Part shown: positions 1 to 8,825 of the stretch, piece after piece | How the letters are laid out: each line of letters starts with the position of its first letter | Position numbering within the stretch: position 1 is the first letter of the stretch | DNA from: Nonlabens ponticola | GTDB lineage: Bacteria > Bacteroidota > Bacteroidia > Flavobacteriales > Flavobacteriaceae | Direction: 5' to 3' | Length of the DNA: 32,000 nt | Assembly: GCF_003966335.1 (NCBI RefSeq) | Contig: NZ_CP034549.1 | Location: forward strand, 2,840,101-2,872,100 | Made by a program: the position numbers and the translations under genes | Notes under the pieces: generated by a model | What the model was told of the DNA's origin: nothing | The model's database searches: none | The model's input: the letters and a program-made list of their open reading frames with translations, nothing else

Positions 1-1
1 A

Positions 2-202
2 GAAAAAACCGATGAAGACCAGATAGGCGCGAGTTATGATGAGCTTGAATGGGCTATGAAACAAGTAGATAAGGATAAAACTGTAGATGCTTTTAAAGGA
101 CGTGAAAGAGAAGTCTTAAACATATATTTAACGTTGAATAGACGTAACCAGCACAAGATGAAACCTATACCTGTTTGGGAATTTCCAACTCAATTACAAT
201 AA
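2..202 (+). CDS. nadE: C-terminal fragment (66 aa) of NH3-dependent NAD+ synthetase; the 5' end is outside the window
   Basis: Frame 2 is open from the window edge to TAA at 200-202. The translation EKTDEDQIGASYDELEWAMKQV...NQHKMKPIPVWEF resembles the conserved NadE C-terminus (TDE..lG.sYdELd, then HK..P). This is recognised from memory only. Confidence 0.55.
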   Translation, partial: EKTDEDQIGASYDELEWAMKQVDKDKTVDAFKGREREVLNIYLTLNRRNQHKMKPIPVWEFPTQLQ

Positions 203-291
203 GTTTAACCATAAAGTGCTGTGAAGTACGTATTTACCTACGAATATTAACGGTAAAAAGTGTTTATTGATTCTATCTTTGTATCAAACAA

Positions 292-924
292 ATGTTCATG
301 AAAGTTCTTTTGGCAGATCATCATCCTCTATTTAGGCGTGGTATCAAAAGCATGATGAAAAGCAGTAAGAAATTCAACTTTAAAGGTAAGGTTGAAGATG
401 GACGTTTCTTGATATCTGAAATTCAAAAATTATCTCCAGACATTCTTGTTCTTGAAGTTGATCTACCTAACTCTAATGGAGTAGGCGTTCTAAGAGAATT
501 GAGAACCGAGTTTCCAGATCTTAAAGTACTAGTAGTAAGCTGTCATCCAGAAGAGATTTATGCTCATTCATCCATAAAAGCTGGAGCTAACGGGTACATT
601 GCCAAAACAAGATCAGTCAAGGAAGTGAAAAAAGCTTTTGAGACTGTTGCAGCTGGGAAGAAATTTCTATCAGAGAATATTAAAAGAAAAGAAAGCAATA
701 AAGCCACTAGCGCTGAAGTGCTGAGATTTAAAACACTTTCTACCAGAGAGATTGAGGTCCTTAACCTACTTTCAAGAGGTAAGCGCAATAAAGAGATCGC
801 TCAATCACTAGCCATCAATGAGAAAACTGTAAGTACTTATAAGACTCGTTTACTCAAAAAGTTGAATGTAGATAACATTGCAGAGCTGATCCACCAGTCT
901 CGATTGTTGCAAATTACCAACTAG
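292..924 (+). CDS. NarL/FixJ (LuxR)-type response regulator: receiver domain plus LuxR HTH
   Basis: 210-aa ORF. Receiver motifs are VLLADHHPLF, the acceptor Asp in ILVLEVDLP, Ser in VLVVSCH and Lys in GYIAK. The C-terminal LuxR HTH is LSTREIEVLNLLSRGKRNKEIAQSLAINEKTVSTYKTRLLKKL. ATG at 292 or 298 could be the start. No histidine kinase is in the window. Confidence 0.9.
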   Translation: MFMKVLLADHHPLFRRGIKSMMKSSKKFNFKGKVEDGRFLISEIQKLSPDILVLEVDLPNSNGVGVLRELRTEFPDLKVLVVSCHPEEIYAHSSIKAGANGYIAKTRSVKEVKKAFETVAAGKKFLSENIKRKESNKATSAEVLRFKTLSTREIEVLNLLSRGKRNKEIAQSLAINEKTVSTYKTRLLKKLNVDNIAELIHQSRLLQITN

Positions 925-2879
925 ATTACCCTATTCAATCGTTTACCTAGATCACGATAAAGAGCTTGATAGTTCTTTATTTGTGTTAATACTTCGAGAT
1001 TAGAAGCTTCTGGATCGCTGGATATATCATCCATAGCAGCATTCACTTTCTTATCAATCAATAACCTACGGAAGTTTAGAATCGTTTCAGTCAAATACCG
1101 ACTAATCATATCTTCTTTTTGAGTGACAAAAATTTGCTTGTCTTCCCAACGACTCAATGCATGTCTATCTTCATCCATAATGAGATCTGCTACCAGTTGT
1201 GCTTCTTGATCATCAAGCTCTGTCATGACGATGTTCATATCAATCTTGCCTTGCAGCAGCATCATATCGATGAGCTTAGGATAAAGATTCTTGAAGTAAG
1301 TATTGCTGAACTCAAACTCATCAGACTGTAGTTCTAGAAACATTTTTTCATACACTGGTCGCTCAGACTTCATCTGTTCCATCTCAATTTCACCTTCTAC
1401 GCTATCTTGATAAAACACCTCTTCAAACACCTCGCTGCGATCACCATACATGAGTAAGATTTTGATGAGCGTGCGCTCCAGTACTTCTCTTCTATCGACA
1501 GTCTCGCTGGCTACGGTCTCTACTTTTTTGAGTCTATCGACCTCTTTATCGCGACGCTGTTTATCTCTTGTTTGCGTTACGGATGCGTTGCGCACCTGGG
1601 CGAGAGTCGAGAACAGCACGTCTTCTCCTATTTCAAGGATCTCAGCACTTTCTCGCACAAATATCTCTCGTGAGATATCGTCTGGTATTTTGGCAATGCT
1701 TTGTACGATCTCGCGTATCATACTTGCCTTTTTTATGGGATCGCCTGCAGCCTCATCCTTGAGCAAGCTGGATTTGAACCTGATAAAATCTACCGCATTC
1801 TCACTTAAAAATTCCTGTATCTCGCTTTGTGTGTGAGATTTTGCAAAACTATCTGGATCTTCTCCTTCAGGAAACGTGCATACGCGCACATTCATCCCAG
1901 CTTCAAGAATAAGGTCAATACCACGTATAGCCGCGCGCATTCCAGCGGCATCACCATCATATAAAACAGTGATGTTTTTAGTAAGTCTGCTTATGAGCCT
2001 TATCTGGTCTGTCGTGAGCGCTGTACCAGAGCTGGATACCACATTTTGAACGCCAGCCTGATAGAGCTGGATGACATCCGTATAGCCTTCAACTAGATAA
2101 CATAGGTCCTCTTTGGCAATCGCCTGTTTTGCTTCATAGATGCCGTACAGTACTTTGGACTTGTCATAGATCTCACTTTGCGGCGAGTTGAGATATTTCG
2201 CTGCTTTTTTTGAACTGTCTAATATCCTGCCGCCAAAACCCAGCACACGACCCGACATACTGCGTATAGGAAACATCACGCGCCCCTTAAAGCGATCAAA
2301 TTGCTTATCTTCCTTAACAATCGTGAGACCTGTTTTCTCAAGAAACTCTAGCTTGTAGCCAGCCTTGATAGCAGCATCTGTAAGCGCACTCCAATTATCT
2401 GGAGAGTATCCCAGCTGGAAAAATTCAATGGTCTCATCACTAAAACCACGCTCTTTGAAATAGCTGTAGCCTACTGCTTTGCCTTCGCCGGTTTTAAGTT
2501 GATCATGAAACCACTGTGCCGTATATTTTGAGACCATAAACATGGACTCCTTCTCGTCCTGTTGTTGTTTTTGCTCATCAGTCTGCTCAGTCTCCTCGAT
2601 CTCAATACCGTACTTTTTGGCGAGGTATTTTATGGCTTCGGGATACGTGAGATGCTCGTGCTCCATGATAAAGGATACTGCCGTACCGCCTTTACCTGAT
2701 GAAAAATCCTTCCATATTTGCTTGACGGGCGACACCATAAAACTAGGTGTGCGCTCGTCTGAAAATGGGCTCAGGCCCTTGAAGTTGGATCCTGATTTCT
2801 TGAGCTGCACAAAATCACCTATCACCTCTTCTACCCTTGCGGTGTCAAAAACGGCATCTATGGTAGCTCTTGATATCAA
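921..2879 (-). CDS. dnaG: DNA primase
   Basis: 652-aa ORF with an N-terminal primase zinc-ribbon-like segment (GLSPFSDERTPSFMVSP...WKDFSSGKGG). TOPRIM motifs are LVEGYTDV and VLYDGDAAG. The C-terminal helical region is long. Confidence 0.93.
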   Translation of the reverse strand: MISRATIDAVFDTARVEEVIGDFVQLKKSGSNFKGLSPFSDERTPSFMVSPVKQIWKDFSSGKGGTAVSFIMEHEHLTYPEAIKYLAKKYGIEIEETEQTDEQKQQQDEKESMFMVSKYTAQWFHDQLKTGEGKAVGYSYFKERGFSDETIEFFQLGYSPDNWSALTDAAIKAGYKLEFLEKTGLTIVKEDKQFDRFKGRVMFPIRSMSGRVLGFGGRILDSSKKAAKYLNSPQSEIYDKSKVLYGIYEAKQAIAKEDLCYLVEGYTDVIQLYQAGVQNVVSSSGTALTTDQIRLISRLTKNITVLYDGDAAGMRAAIRGIDLILEAGMNVRVCTFPEGEDPDSFAKSHTQSEIQEFLSENAVDFIRFKSSLLKDEAAGDPIKKASMIREIVQSIAKIPDDISREIFVRESAEILEIGEDVLFSTLAQVRNASVTQTRDKQRRDKEVDRLKKVETVASETVDRREVLERTLIKILLMYGDRSEVFEEVFYQDSVEGEIEMEQMKSERPVYEKMFLELQSDEFEFSNTYFKNLYPKLIDMMLLQGKIDMNIVMTELDDQEAQLVADLIMDEDRHALSRWEDKQIFVTQKEDMISRYLTETILNFRRLLIDKKVNAAMDDISSDPEASNLEVLTQIKNYQALYRDLGKRLNRVI

Positions 2880-2973
2880 CTCTTAATTTTTGCTGGTTCA
2901 CCCCAATTTTTATATCAACACAGATAGTTGACGTCCCAAAAAGTAGGATCGTAAAAATAGGGATTATTGATGG

Positions 2974-2995
2974 TCACGCTTTCGCGAAAGCGTAA
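2974..2995. repeat. Intergenic palindrome family, copy 1 (21/22 match to TTACGCTTTCGCGAAAGCGTAA)
   Basis: tcACGCTTTCGCGAAAGCGTaa. The 18-nt core at 2976-2993 is a perfect palindrome. It lies about 40 nt downstream of the stop of the 3034-3828 gene and upstream of the dnaG start. Confidence 0.85.
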
Positions 2996-3033
2996 AAACC
3001 ATTAACAATCCCTGCAATAAAAAGGCTGTTGTC

Positions 3034-3828
3034 TTATCTAAATCTAAAGCCGATGCTGGCGTACTGTTGATCTACAGGTGAATCCTTAAAAATACTATTG
3101 AGACCATATTTTGCAAAAATTTGTAATGCGCCGTTACCAACGTAGGCACTAAGACCATAGACAAAATCTTCCATCTCATAATCATTGTAACGTCGCGTGG
3201 TGACGTCGCGCCCTTCATTCTCAAACTTGAGCAATTGGTTTGTCGCGGCATTGATACCTAAGTATCCACCCAATCCTATCGTCCAACTTTCAACATCATC
3301 GTACCTAGTAACACCGTTGTCATAGGTTATTTTATCCTGCTTACCGAATTCAAGATGCACCGGCGCAATGATGGTAAGCTGTTCAAATTTTGATTTATCA
3401 ACGTTGAATCCGACTGGTTGTAATCTAGTAACGTCACCGCTAGTCTCAAACTCTTTATTATCGTTAATGCGCAGCGTTTGCCATTGAAACGACAAACCGT
3501 AATTGAAACGTACGGTGTTTGCCTTGTTTACTTTAGTGCTGAACTCCAATCCAAGCTCCCATATCCCAGAACCCCAAAAGCGGTAGTCCTCGCCAATACC
3601 GTTGTCATCGCCTAATGCTTGATTCCAGCCAACAGCAAAAACACCATTGGTGACCGTTTTTACATCGCGGTCCTCTCGTGAGCTATCAAAAGCGTCTAGA
3701 AAGTCGCTAGGCACTTCTTGAGTGTCCTGATCGTCATCGTTATCATCCTGCGCGTAGGACAGTGTAAATGCAAGTAAGCAAATTGATGAGAGAAAGAATT
3801 TTTTCATAGGTTTTTGTTTTAATTTCAT
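3034..3828 (-). CDS. Outer-membrane beta-barrel protein (porin-like); paralog of the 3904-5055 product
   Basis: 264-aa ORF with a signal peptide (KKFFLSSICLLAFTLSYAQ) and an acidic N-terminal stretch. It has an alternating beta-strand pattern and ends in ...ASIGFRFR. The last ~190 aa align motif by motif with the neighbouring gene (PVHLEFG / PMHLEFG; GLGGYLG / GIGGYAG; VYGLSAYVG / VYGVDAYVG). Confidence 0.7.
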   Translation of the reverse strand: MKLKQKPMKKFFLSSICLLAFTLSYAQDDNDDDQDTQEVPSDFLDAFDSSREDRDVKTVTNGVFAVGWNQALGDDNGIGEDYRFWGSGIWELGLEFSTKVNKANTVRFNYGLSFQWQTLRINDNKEFETSGDVTRLQPVGFNVDKSKFEQLTIIAPVHLEFGKQDKITYDNGVTRYDDVESWTIGLGGYLGINAATNQLLKFENEGRDVTTRRYNDYEMEDFVYGLSAYVGNGALQIFAKYGLNSIFKDSPVDQQYASIGFRFR

Positions 3829-3836
3829 TAAAGATA

Positions 3837-3869
3837 AAAGAACCCTTGCGATAATTGAAAGGGTTCTTT
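3837..3869 (-). terminator. Hairpin between the two beta-barrel genes (terminator or attenuator candidate)
   Basis: The arms are aaagaaccctt (3837-3847) and aagggttcttt (3859-3869), giving an 11-bp stem with an 11-nt loop. On the minus strand it is followed by tatcttta, about 35 nt after the stop of the 3904-5055 gene. Confidence 0.45.
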
Positions 3870-3903
3870 ACTAGCTAACATGAAAACTTATCTTGGTCTT
3901 ACC

Positions 3904-5055
3904 TTAGTCTGTCTGTAATCTAATACCAAAAGCCACGTACTGCCCATCAACAGATCCGGATTGAAATATGTCATTTAAGCCAAGCCTACCAAATAATGAC
4001 CATGAGTCAAACCCAACATATGCATCAACTCCATAGACCAGTACTTGATTGTCAAATGCATTAATTGTAGTCTGTTTGATATCTGCGCCTGCTAGATCAT
4101 ATTTATACTTAAGTCTGCTACTCAAATTGAAACCAGCATAACCACCTATACCAAATTTGAGCTGATCATAATTGTAATATCTCTCGCGACCATCCTCGTA
4201 GGTTTTTTTATAGCGTGGACCAAATTCCAAGTGCATAGGAAATACGAATTGATCTTGTCTGAACTTCGCTTTATCCGCGTTAAAAGTCAATCGCTCAATC
4301 TGGGTATTATCAGGATCATCAATCGTAAAAGCTCTATTTCCATTAAGCTCAGTTCCTTGTGTTTGGTATTCTACACCGTATCGCCAGCGTATCGTCTGAC
4401 TCTTATTCAATGCAGTGATCCAAGTTATACCTAGGGAAAAGTAGTTGTTGTTTCCATAACTGAAATCGTCAATTCCTAAGTCATTACCATCAATAAAGTT
4501 ATACCCAAAGCCTAAAGACAAGCCAGATGTAGTTTTGATTTGCTTTTTATATTTATTAGTGTTCTTACCTATTTCAAACTCCATTGCCGTGTTGTTCAAT
4601 AGCTTTACGCCATCACTGCCAAGGGAAGCATAATTCAATTCAGTAGATTCAAATTTTAACTTTGCTTCAATAAGCTTATTGTATGCGTCAATTTTATCTG
4701 CATAAGTCTGTGCGGTAAGCTCTTTATCTCTGCTTGCCATCGCGGCTGTGTAAGCATCATTTTGCTCCTGACGCTGATTTATCTTTTCTATTTTCTCGGC
4801 TAATTCAGTGCGCTGATTAGATTCGTAAAGACGTCTATCTTCCTTAAGTTCATCAATGCGTTCCAATCTTTTGGTTTCACTTCTCAAGAAAGCCTTTTCA
4901 GAATTATAATAAAACTTCGAAACTTTTCCATCTACGGTGTCGGTAACCACGTAATATTCACCTTCCTGAACTCCCGTTTTTAAATTCTGCGAACGGCTTA
5001 AAAGGATGCCAGCAAATGATAAAGTTAATGTGATAAGTAATTTTTGATTTTTCAT
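3904..5055 (-). CDS. Outer-membrane beta-barrel protein with an N-terminal coiled-coil-like extension
   Basis: 383-aa ORF with a signal peptide (LLITLTLSFAGILLSRSQ). Residues ~60-150 are a charged, heptad-like region (RLERIDELKEDRRLYESNQRTELAEKIEKINQRQEQ...). The C-terminal ~230 aa are homologous to the 3034-3828 product. Confidence 0.7.
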   Translation of the reverse strand: MKNQKLLITLTLSFAGILLSRSQNLKTGVQEGEYYVVTDTVDGKVSKFYYNSEKAFLRSETKRLERIDELKEDRRLYESNQRTELAEKIEKINQRQEQNDAYTAAMASRDKELTAQTYADKIDAYNKLIEAKLKFESTELNYASLGSDGVKLLNNTAMEFEIGKNTNKYKKQIKTTSGLSLGFGYNFIDGNDLGIDDFSYGNNNYFSLGITWITALNKSQTIRWRYGVEYQTQGTELNGNRAFTIDDPDNTQIERLTFNADKAKFRQDQFVFPMHLEFGPRYKKTYEDGRERYYNYDQLKFGIGGYAGFNLSSRLKYKYDLAGADIKQTTINAFDNQVLVYGVDAYVGFDSWSLFGRLGLNDIFQSGSVDGQYVAFGIRLQTD

Positions 5056-5132
5056 GATGCTTGTTTTTTTGATATTGAATTCCTGTCGGCACTAATTAAA
5101 ATGCTGATTATTATTGATTTATGTATTGTGGT

Positions 5133-5891
5133 TTAATTTCTGCTATCGATAAGCGCTACCGCTTCACGTTTCAAAATTTTAAAGCCGTCCTCGACAATAT
5201 TTTGAAGCCTGTCCTGTCGTCTCGCTTCCAGATCCCATTCCGTTTCTCGCAGTAGTTGTTGAGGATTTATTGACGCGTTGGTGATCATGGTTTTCGTTGC
5301 CTTGCTTTGTAAGGCTTGATCTAATAATCTATTAGCTTCGTCCTTTGGTGAGAGTGCAACATCAGCTGCTTTAGAACTAACGATGTCATCTGCGGGTTCA
5401 TCCATTGTGGATGGCTCTTCAATGATGGCAATGGCTTCTATCGGTTCAGATTGCGTAGCAATTGAAGATTTGTATGATTGTGATTTCGATTTGTTTCTTT
5501 CTTTGACAGTGCTTGTGGATCGTTTGGTGTCTTTTTTTATTCGCTTGGGTTCTGCAACAACTATAGCTTCTTGTAGGAACGGCTTTCTTTTACTTGACTT
5601 AACTTCTTCCGCATCTGGTTCAGTTGTTATGACTGATTCGCTACTAACATCATTTTCCAATACAACTGTATTTTCTGGTGACGAGCTCATTTCATTATTT
5701 GAAGTAATCACTGGTACTGCAATCAATCCTAAAATCAATATGGCCGCTATCGCGCCTAGCCAATAAATCACCGGTTTTTCATTGGTGCTTTTCTGTTCTG
5801 CATCTAGCATTCCTGATAATCGATCCCAAGAGTCTGCGCTAGGCTGGATCTCACGGTTATCAAATTTCTTCTTCATATTCTCAAGCTTCAT
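5133..5891 (-). CDS. Putative membrane-anchored anti-sigma factor, assigned by position and topology only
   Basis: 252-aa ORF. Its ATG overlaps the sigma-factor stop by 11 nt (ATGAAGCTTGA), which indicates translational coupling. It has one TM helix (VIYWLGAIAAILILGLIAVPVI) after a ~45-aa cytoplasmic N-terminus. The S/T/E/K-rich region is extracytoplasmic. No HxxxCxxC zinc anti-sigma motif is visible. Confidence 0.45.
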   Translation of the reverse strand: MKLENMKKKFDNREIQPSADSWDRLSGMLDAEQKSTNEKPVIYWLGAIAAILILGLIAVPVITSNNEMSSSPENTVVLENDVSSESVITTEPDAEEVKSSKRKPFLQEAIVVAEPKRIKKDTKRSTSTVKERNKSKSQSYKSSIATQSEPIEAIAIIEEPSTMDEPADDIVSSKAADVALSPKDEANRLLDQALQSKATKTMITNASINPQQLLRETEWDLEARRQDRLQNIVEDGFKILKREAVALIDSRN

Positions 5892-6444
5892 AATGTTTCT
5901 TCTTTAATAGGGTCAATTGTTCTTGTAACATCAATCGCGCCTTGCGGTATTGACTTTTGCTGGTATTCTCACTTATGGATAGCATGATGGCAATCTCGCG
6001 ATGTTTTAAACCGTCTAGTGCAAACATTACAAAAACACTTTTATAACCATCTGGCAAGGTGTCGATGCATTGCTGGATTTGATCAAGTGGCACATCTTCA
6101 CTATCATCTTCAACCACATCTTCAAACTGATCGTCATCGATCTCACTACTCCATTTATAGGTTTGCTTTTTACGTAGGCAGTTAAGACATTCACGTATCA
6201 TGATGCGTCGCACCCAACCTTCAAAACTTCCTTCGTGGTTAAAAGTATCCAGCTTAGTAAACACCTTTAAAAAACCATTGAGCATGATTTCTTCTGCGCT
6301 CTCTATAGGTGAGATGTATTGGCGGCAAACACTCAGCATTTTACCAGCGTGCTTATCGTATAGTCGACGTTGCGACTTGCGATCACCCTTTGCGGCTCGC
6401 TCGATAAGTTTTTTCTCGTTAGTGTATAGCTGAATCACCTTCAC
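5881..6444 (-). CDS. ECF-type RNA polymerase sigma-70 family factor
   Basis: 187-aa ORF. The region 2-like segment is GDRKSQRRLYDKHAGKMLSVCRQYI...FLKVFTKLDTF. The region 4 HTH is GYKSVFVMFALDGLKHREIAIMLSISENTSKSQYRKARLMLQEQL. The start codon is GTG at 6442-6444. Confidence 0.9.
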   Translation of the reverse strand: MKVIQLYTNEKKLIERAAKGDRKSQRRLYDKHAGKMLSVCRQYISPIESAEEIMLNGFLKVFTKLDTFNHEGSFEGWVRRIMIRECLNCLRKKQTYKWSSEIDDDQFEDVVEDDSEDVPLDQIQQCIDTLPDGYKSVFVMFALDGLKHREIAIMLSISENTSKSQYRKARLMLQEQLTLLKKKHYEA

Positions 6445-6692
6445 AATTTACATGCTTTCTATTTACATAGACACAGGTGCATTTGAAAGGTTGTCTGGTG
6501 AGGTGAAAAAATGATAGTATTCTCTGCTTACTCTTACGTGAGCTCGGTTGTAACGGCTGCGCCGTGGCATTTCCCAAGAGGGAAAAGTTTATTTTTCTAA
6601 TGGAAACTTGGACGTTGAGAGGCGCGGTCCTCAATTTTAAACCTAAACTTGAAAATCCAAGGAAACATGAAACAGACCATCAACTAAAAAGC

Positions 6693-7583
6693 CTACTTGT
6701 TATCACCTTTATAGCCAAAACGCCTTAATTGTTTCTCATCACTACGCCAGTTCTTATTCACTTTTACATACAACTCAAGATGGACTTGCTTGCCGAAGAA
6801 TTTCTCAAGATCCTTCCTTGCCTCAACGCCTACGCGTTTTACCGCTGTCCCTTTATGACCTATAATGATTCCTTTTTGAGTCTCGCGCTCCACCATAATA
6901 ACTGATCGTATGCGGATGATATTCTCGTCCTCAAAAAACTCCTCAGTATCAATTTCTACTGAATACGGAATTTCTTTCTTGTAATGAATCAGGATTTTCT
7001 CGCGTATGCTCTCATTGACAAAAAAGCGTTCTGGCTTGTCAGTAAGAGCATCCTTGGGATAATAAGCCGGAGAAACTGGTAGTAATTCTATAATGCGGTT
7101 AAGCAATTGCGGTACACCAAAGTTTTCAAGTGCACTTATGGCAAAAATCTCAGCATTAGGCAAACGCTCTTTCCAATGGGACAAAGCTTCTGATAATTGG
7201 TTCTCGTCGCCTTTGTCAATTTTGTTGATGAGTACAATAACCGGAACTTCCGCAAAGGTTAATCGCTTTTCAAAGTCTTCATTTTTGAGCTCTTTCTCAC
7301 CTAGCTCTACCATATACAAGATGCAGTCTGCATCTTCAAAAGCATTCTTGACAAAATCCATCATGCTCTCTTGCAGCTTGTAAGCTGGTTTCATAATACC
7401 AGGTGTATCGCTCAATACCATCTGGAAGTCATCACCATTTACAATACCTAGAATCCTATGTCTAGTAGTTTGAGCCTTACTAGTAATGATAGACAAACGC
7501 TCACCTACCAGAGCATTCATGAGCGTGCTCTTACCTACATTAGGGTTTCCTACAATATTTACAAATCCTGCCTTGTGTTCCAT
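6693..7583 (-). CDS. era: GTPase Era
   Basis: 296-aa ORF. The motifs are G1 GNPNVGKS, G3 DTPG and G4 NKID, followed by a C-terminal KH domain (IIIGHKGTAVKRVG). Confidence 0.95.
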   Translation of the reverse strand: MEHKAGFVNIVGNPNVGKSTLMNALVGERLSIITSKAQTTRHRILGIVNGDDFQMVLSDTPGIMKPAYKLQESMMDFVKNAFEDADCILYMVELGEKELKNEDFEKRLTFAEVPVIVLINKIDKGDENQLSEALSHWKERLPNAEIFAISALENFGVPQLLNRIIELLPVSPAYYPKDALTDKPERFFVNESIREKILIHYKKEIPYSVEIDTEEFFEDENIIRIRSVIMVERETQKGIIIGHKGTAVKRVGVEARKDLEKFFGKQVHLELYVKVNKNWRSDEKQLRRFGYKGDNK

Positions 7584-7678
7584 ACTGTAAAGTTAGTCCA
7601 ATTAAAAATCAATGACGCCAGCGTTATCACCAAGCGGTAAAATATTGTTAAGCGCATAGTATCATGGATTCAAAAAAT

Positions 7679-7686
7679 TATTTTTG
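7679..7686 (+). promoter_or_regulatory. Candidate Bacteroidetes -7 box (TAnnTTTG)
   Basis: TATTTTTG matches TAnnTTTG. It overlaps the TTG that the ORF track uses as the start (7684). I found no clear -33 element. Confidence 0.25.
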
Positions 7687-7692
7687 AAAGAT

Positions 7693-8742
7693 ATGATGTT
7701 GACAATTTTACAATTAGCCCAAGCGGCTCAAGATAAATCCAAAGAAAATTCAGGCGGATCTGGATCAGGCGGTTCAGAGTCTGGTGGTAGTGCAGCCGAT
7801 AAAGCTGCCAATGGTGCCGAGAAAGGTAAAGATGCCGTTGAGCTTATTCTAGGACAGCTAGAATCGTGGTACACCAGTTTTATAGAAAACCTACCCAACC
7901 TTGCCGTAGCGATCGTATTTCTAGTAGTAGCATTTTTTGTTTCTAGATGGGTCAATACAGGTGTTCAAAAATTACTTAACCATCGAGTACCACAAAAAAG
8001 CATCAAGAGAATCGCAGGTAAGTTTGCAGCGGTCATCGTTGTGCTTGCAGGTATTTTTATAGCGTTGAGTGTCATGAACCTAGACGATCTAGTAAGCGGT
8101 ATCATCGCCGGTGCTGGTATATCTGGTCTAGTGGTAGGTCTTGCCTTGCAAGGCACATTATCTAACACCGTTAGTGGTGTAGTGTTATCCTTCCGTAAGC
8201 AAGTGCGCATAGGCGATTGGGTAACCACAAATGGTTATGAAGGCGAGATCGTGGATATAAAATTGAGCACCACCGTAGTAAAAGAGCCTGACAATAATCT
8301 AGTCATCATTCCCAACAAGATGGTATTAGAAAACCCTATGAAGAACGCATCATTGACTGATAAAATGCGTATCATCATTGAGTGCGGTGTTGGTTATGAG
8401 ACAGACTTACAACATGCCAAGGATGTTGCGTGTAAAGCAATAAGCGATGCGTTTGAAGATGTAGAAAAGCCAGAAGATGTAGAGTTTTACTACCGTGAAT
8501 TCGGCGACAGTAGTATCAATTTTATGTTGCGATTTTGGTACAATGCAGAGCGTGGTATCGAACGATTAACATCGACCAGTAAGGCTATCATGGCAATTAA
8601 AAAGGCTTATGATAACGAGGATATTAATATTCCATTCCCAATACGTACGCTGCAATTTGACAACGAGCTCACAATGAACCAACCGTCAAAAAGCAAGAAG
8701 AAAGGAAATGACAAGACCCAATCTTCTGCTGAAGAAGAGTAG
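7693..8742 (+). CDS. Mechanosensitive ion channel, MscS family
   Basis: The ORF track starts at TTG 7684; I prefer ATG 7693 or 7696. The N-terminus is G/S-rich and low complexity. It has three TM helices, including the pore-like GISGLVVGLALQGTLSNTVSGVVL. The beta-domain is IGDWVTTNGYEGEIVDIKLSTTVVKEPDNNLVIIPN. Confidence 0.88.
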   Translation: MMLTILQLAQAAQDKSKENSGGSGSGGSESGGSAADKAANGAEKGKDAVELILGQLESWYTSFIENLPNLAVAIVFLVVAFFVSRWVNTGVQKLLNHRVPQKSIKRIAGKFAAVIVVLAGIFIALSVMNLDDLVSGIIAGAGISGLVVGLALQGTLSNTVSGVVLSFRKQVRIGDWVTTNGYEGEIVDIKLSTTVVKEPDNNLVIIPNKMVLENPMKNASLTDKMRIIIECGVGYETDLQHAKDVACKAISDAFEDVEKPEDVEFYYREFGDSSINFMLRFWYNAERGIERLTSTSKAIMAIKKAYDNEDINIPFPIRTLQFDNELTMNQPSKSKKKGNDKTQSSAEEE

Positions 8743-8770
8743 CAACTTGTTATAAATTATTTGAGATTAA

Positions 8771-8798
8771 ATCCTGCTTGTAATAAGCAGGATTTTTT
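8771..8798 (+). terminator. Rho-independent terminator of the MscS-family gene
   Basis: The stem is atcctgctt (8771-8779) paired with aagcaggat (8785-8793). The loop is 5 nt and a T5 run follows at 8794-8798. It lies 29 nt after the stop. Confidence 0.8.
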
Positions 8799-8803
8799 GT
8801 GAA

Positions 8804-8825
8804 TTACGCTTTCGCGAAAGCAAAA
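8804..8825. repeat. Intergenic palindrome family, copy 2 (20/22 match)
   Basis: TTACGCTTTCGCGAAAGCaaaa. The last arm is degraded (GT to AA). It sits immediately 3' of the MscS terminator hairpin. Confidence 0.8.

Noticed and set aside
292-924. I looked for a cognate histidine kinase or a degenerate (pseudo-)receiver in the LuxR-type regulator.
   Set aside because: No kinase is in the window. The acceptor Asp, the Ser/Thr and the Lys are all present, and only one of the two N-terminal acidic residues is changed (ADH instead of DDH). There is nothing unusual beyond its being an orphan.
6419-6634. 71-aa minus-strand ORF in the 248-nt leader upstream of the ECF sigma gene, and the possibility of an ncRNA or riboswitch there.
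   Set aside because: The ORF overlaps the sigma start out of frame and has no motif or plausible start context. I could not recognise any tRNA or riboswitch consensus or a strong structure, only a 5-bp hairpin at about 6553-6565. The region is left as untranslated leader or promoter.
7684-7692. TTG at 7684 as the start of the MscS-family gene, as used in the ORF track.
   Set aside because: The TTG lies inside a TATTTTTG -7-box-like motif. Two ATG codons follow at 7693 and 7696. This is a choice of the likelier start, not proof.
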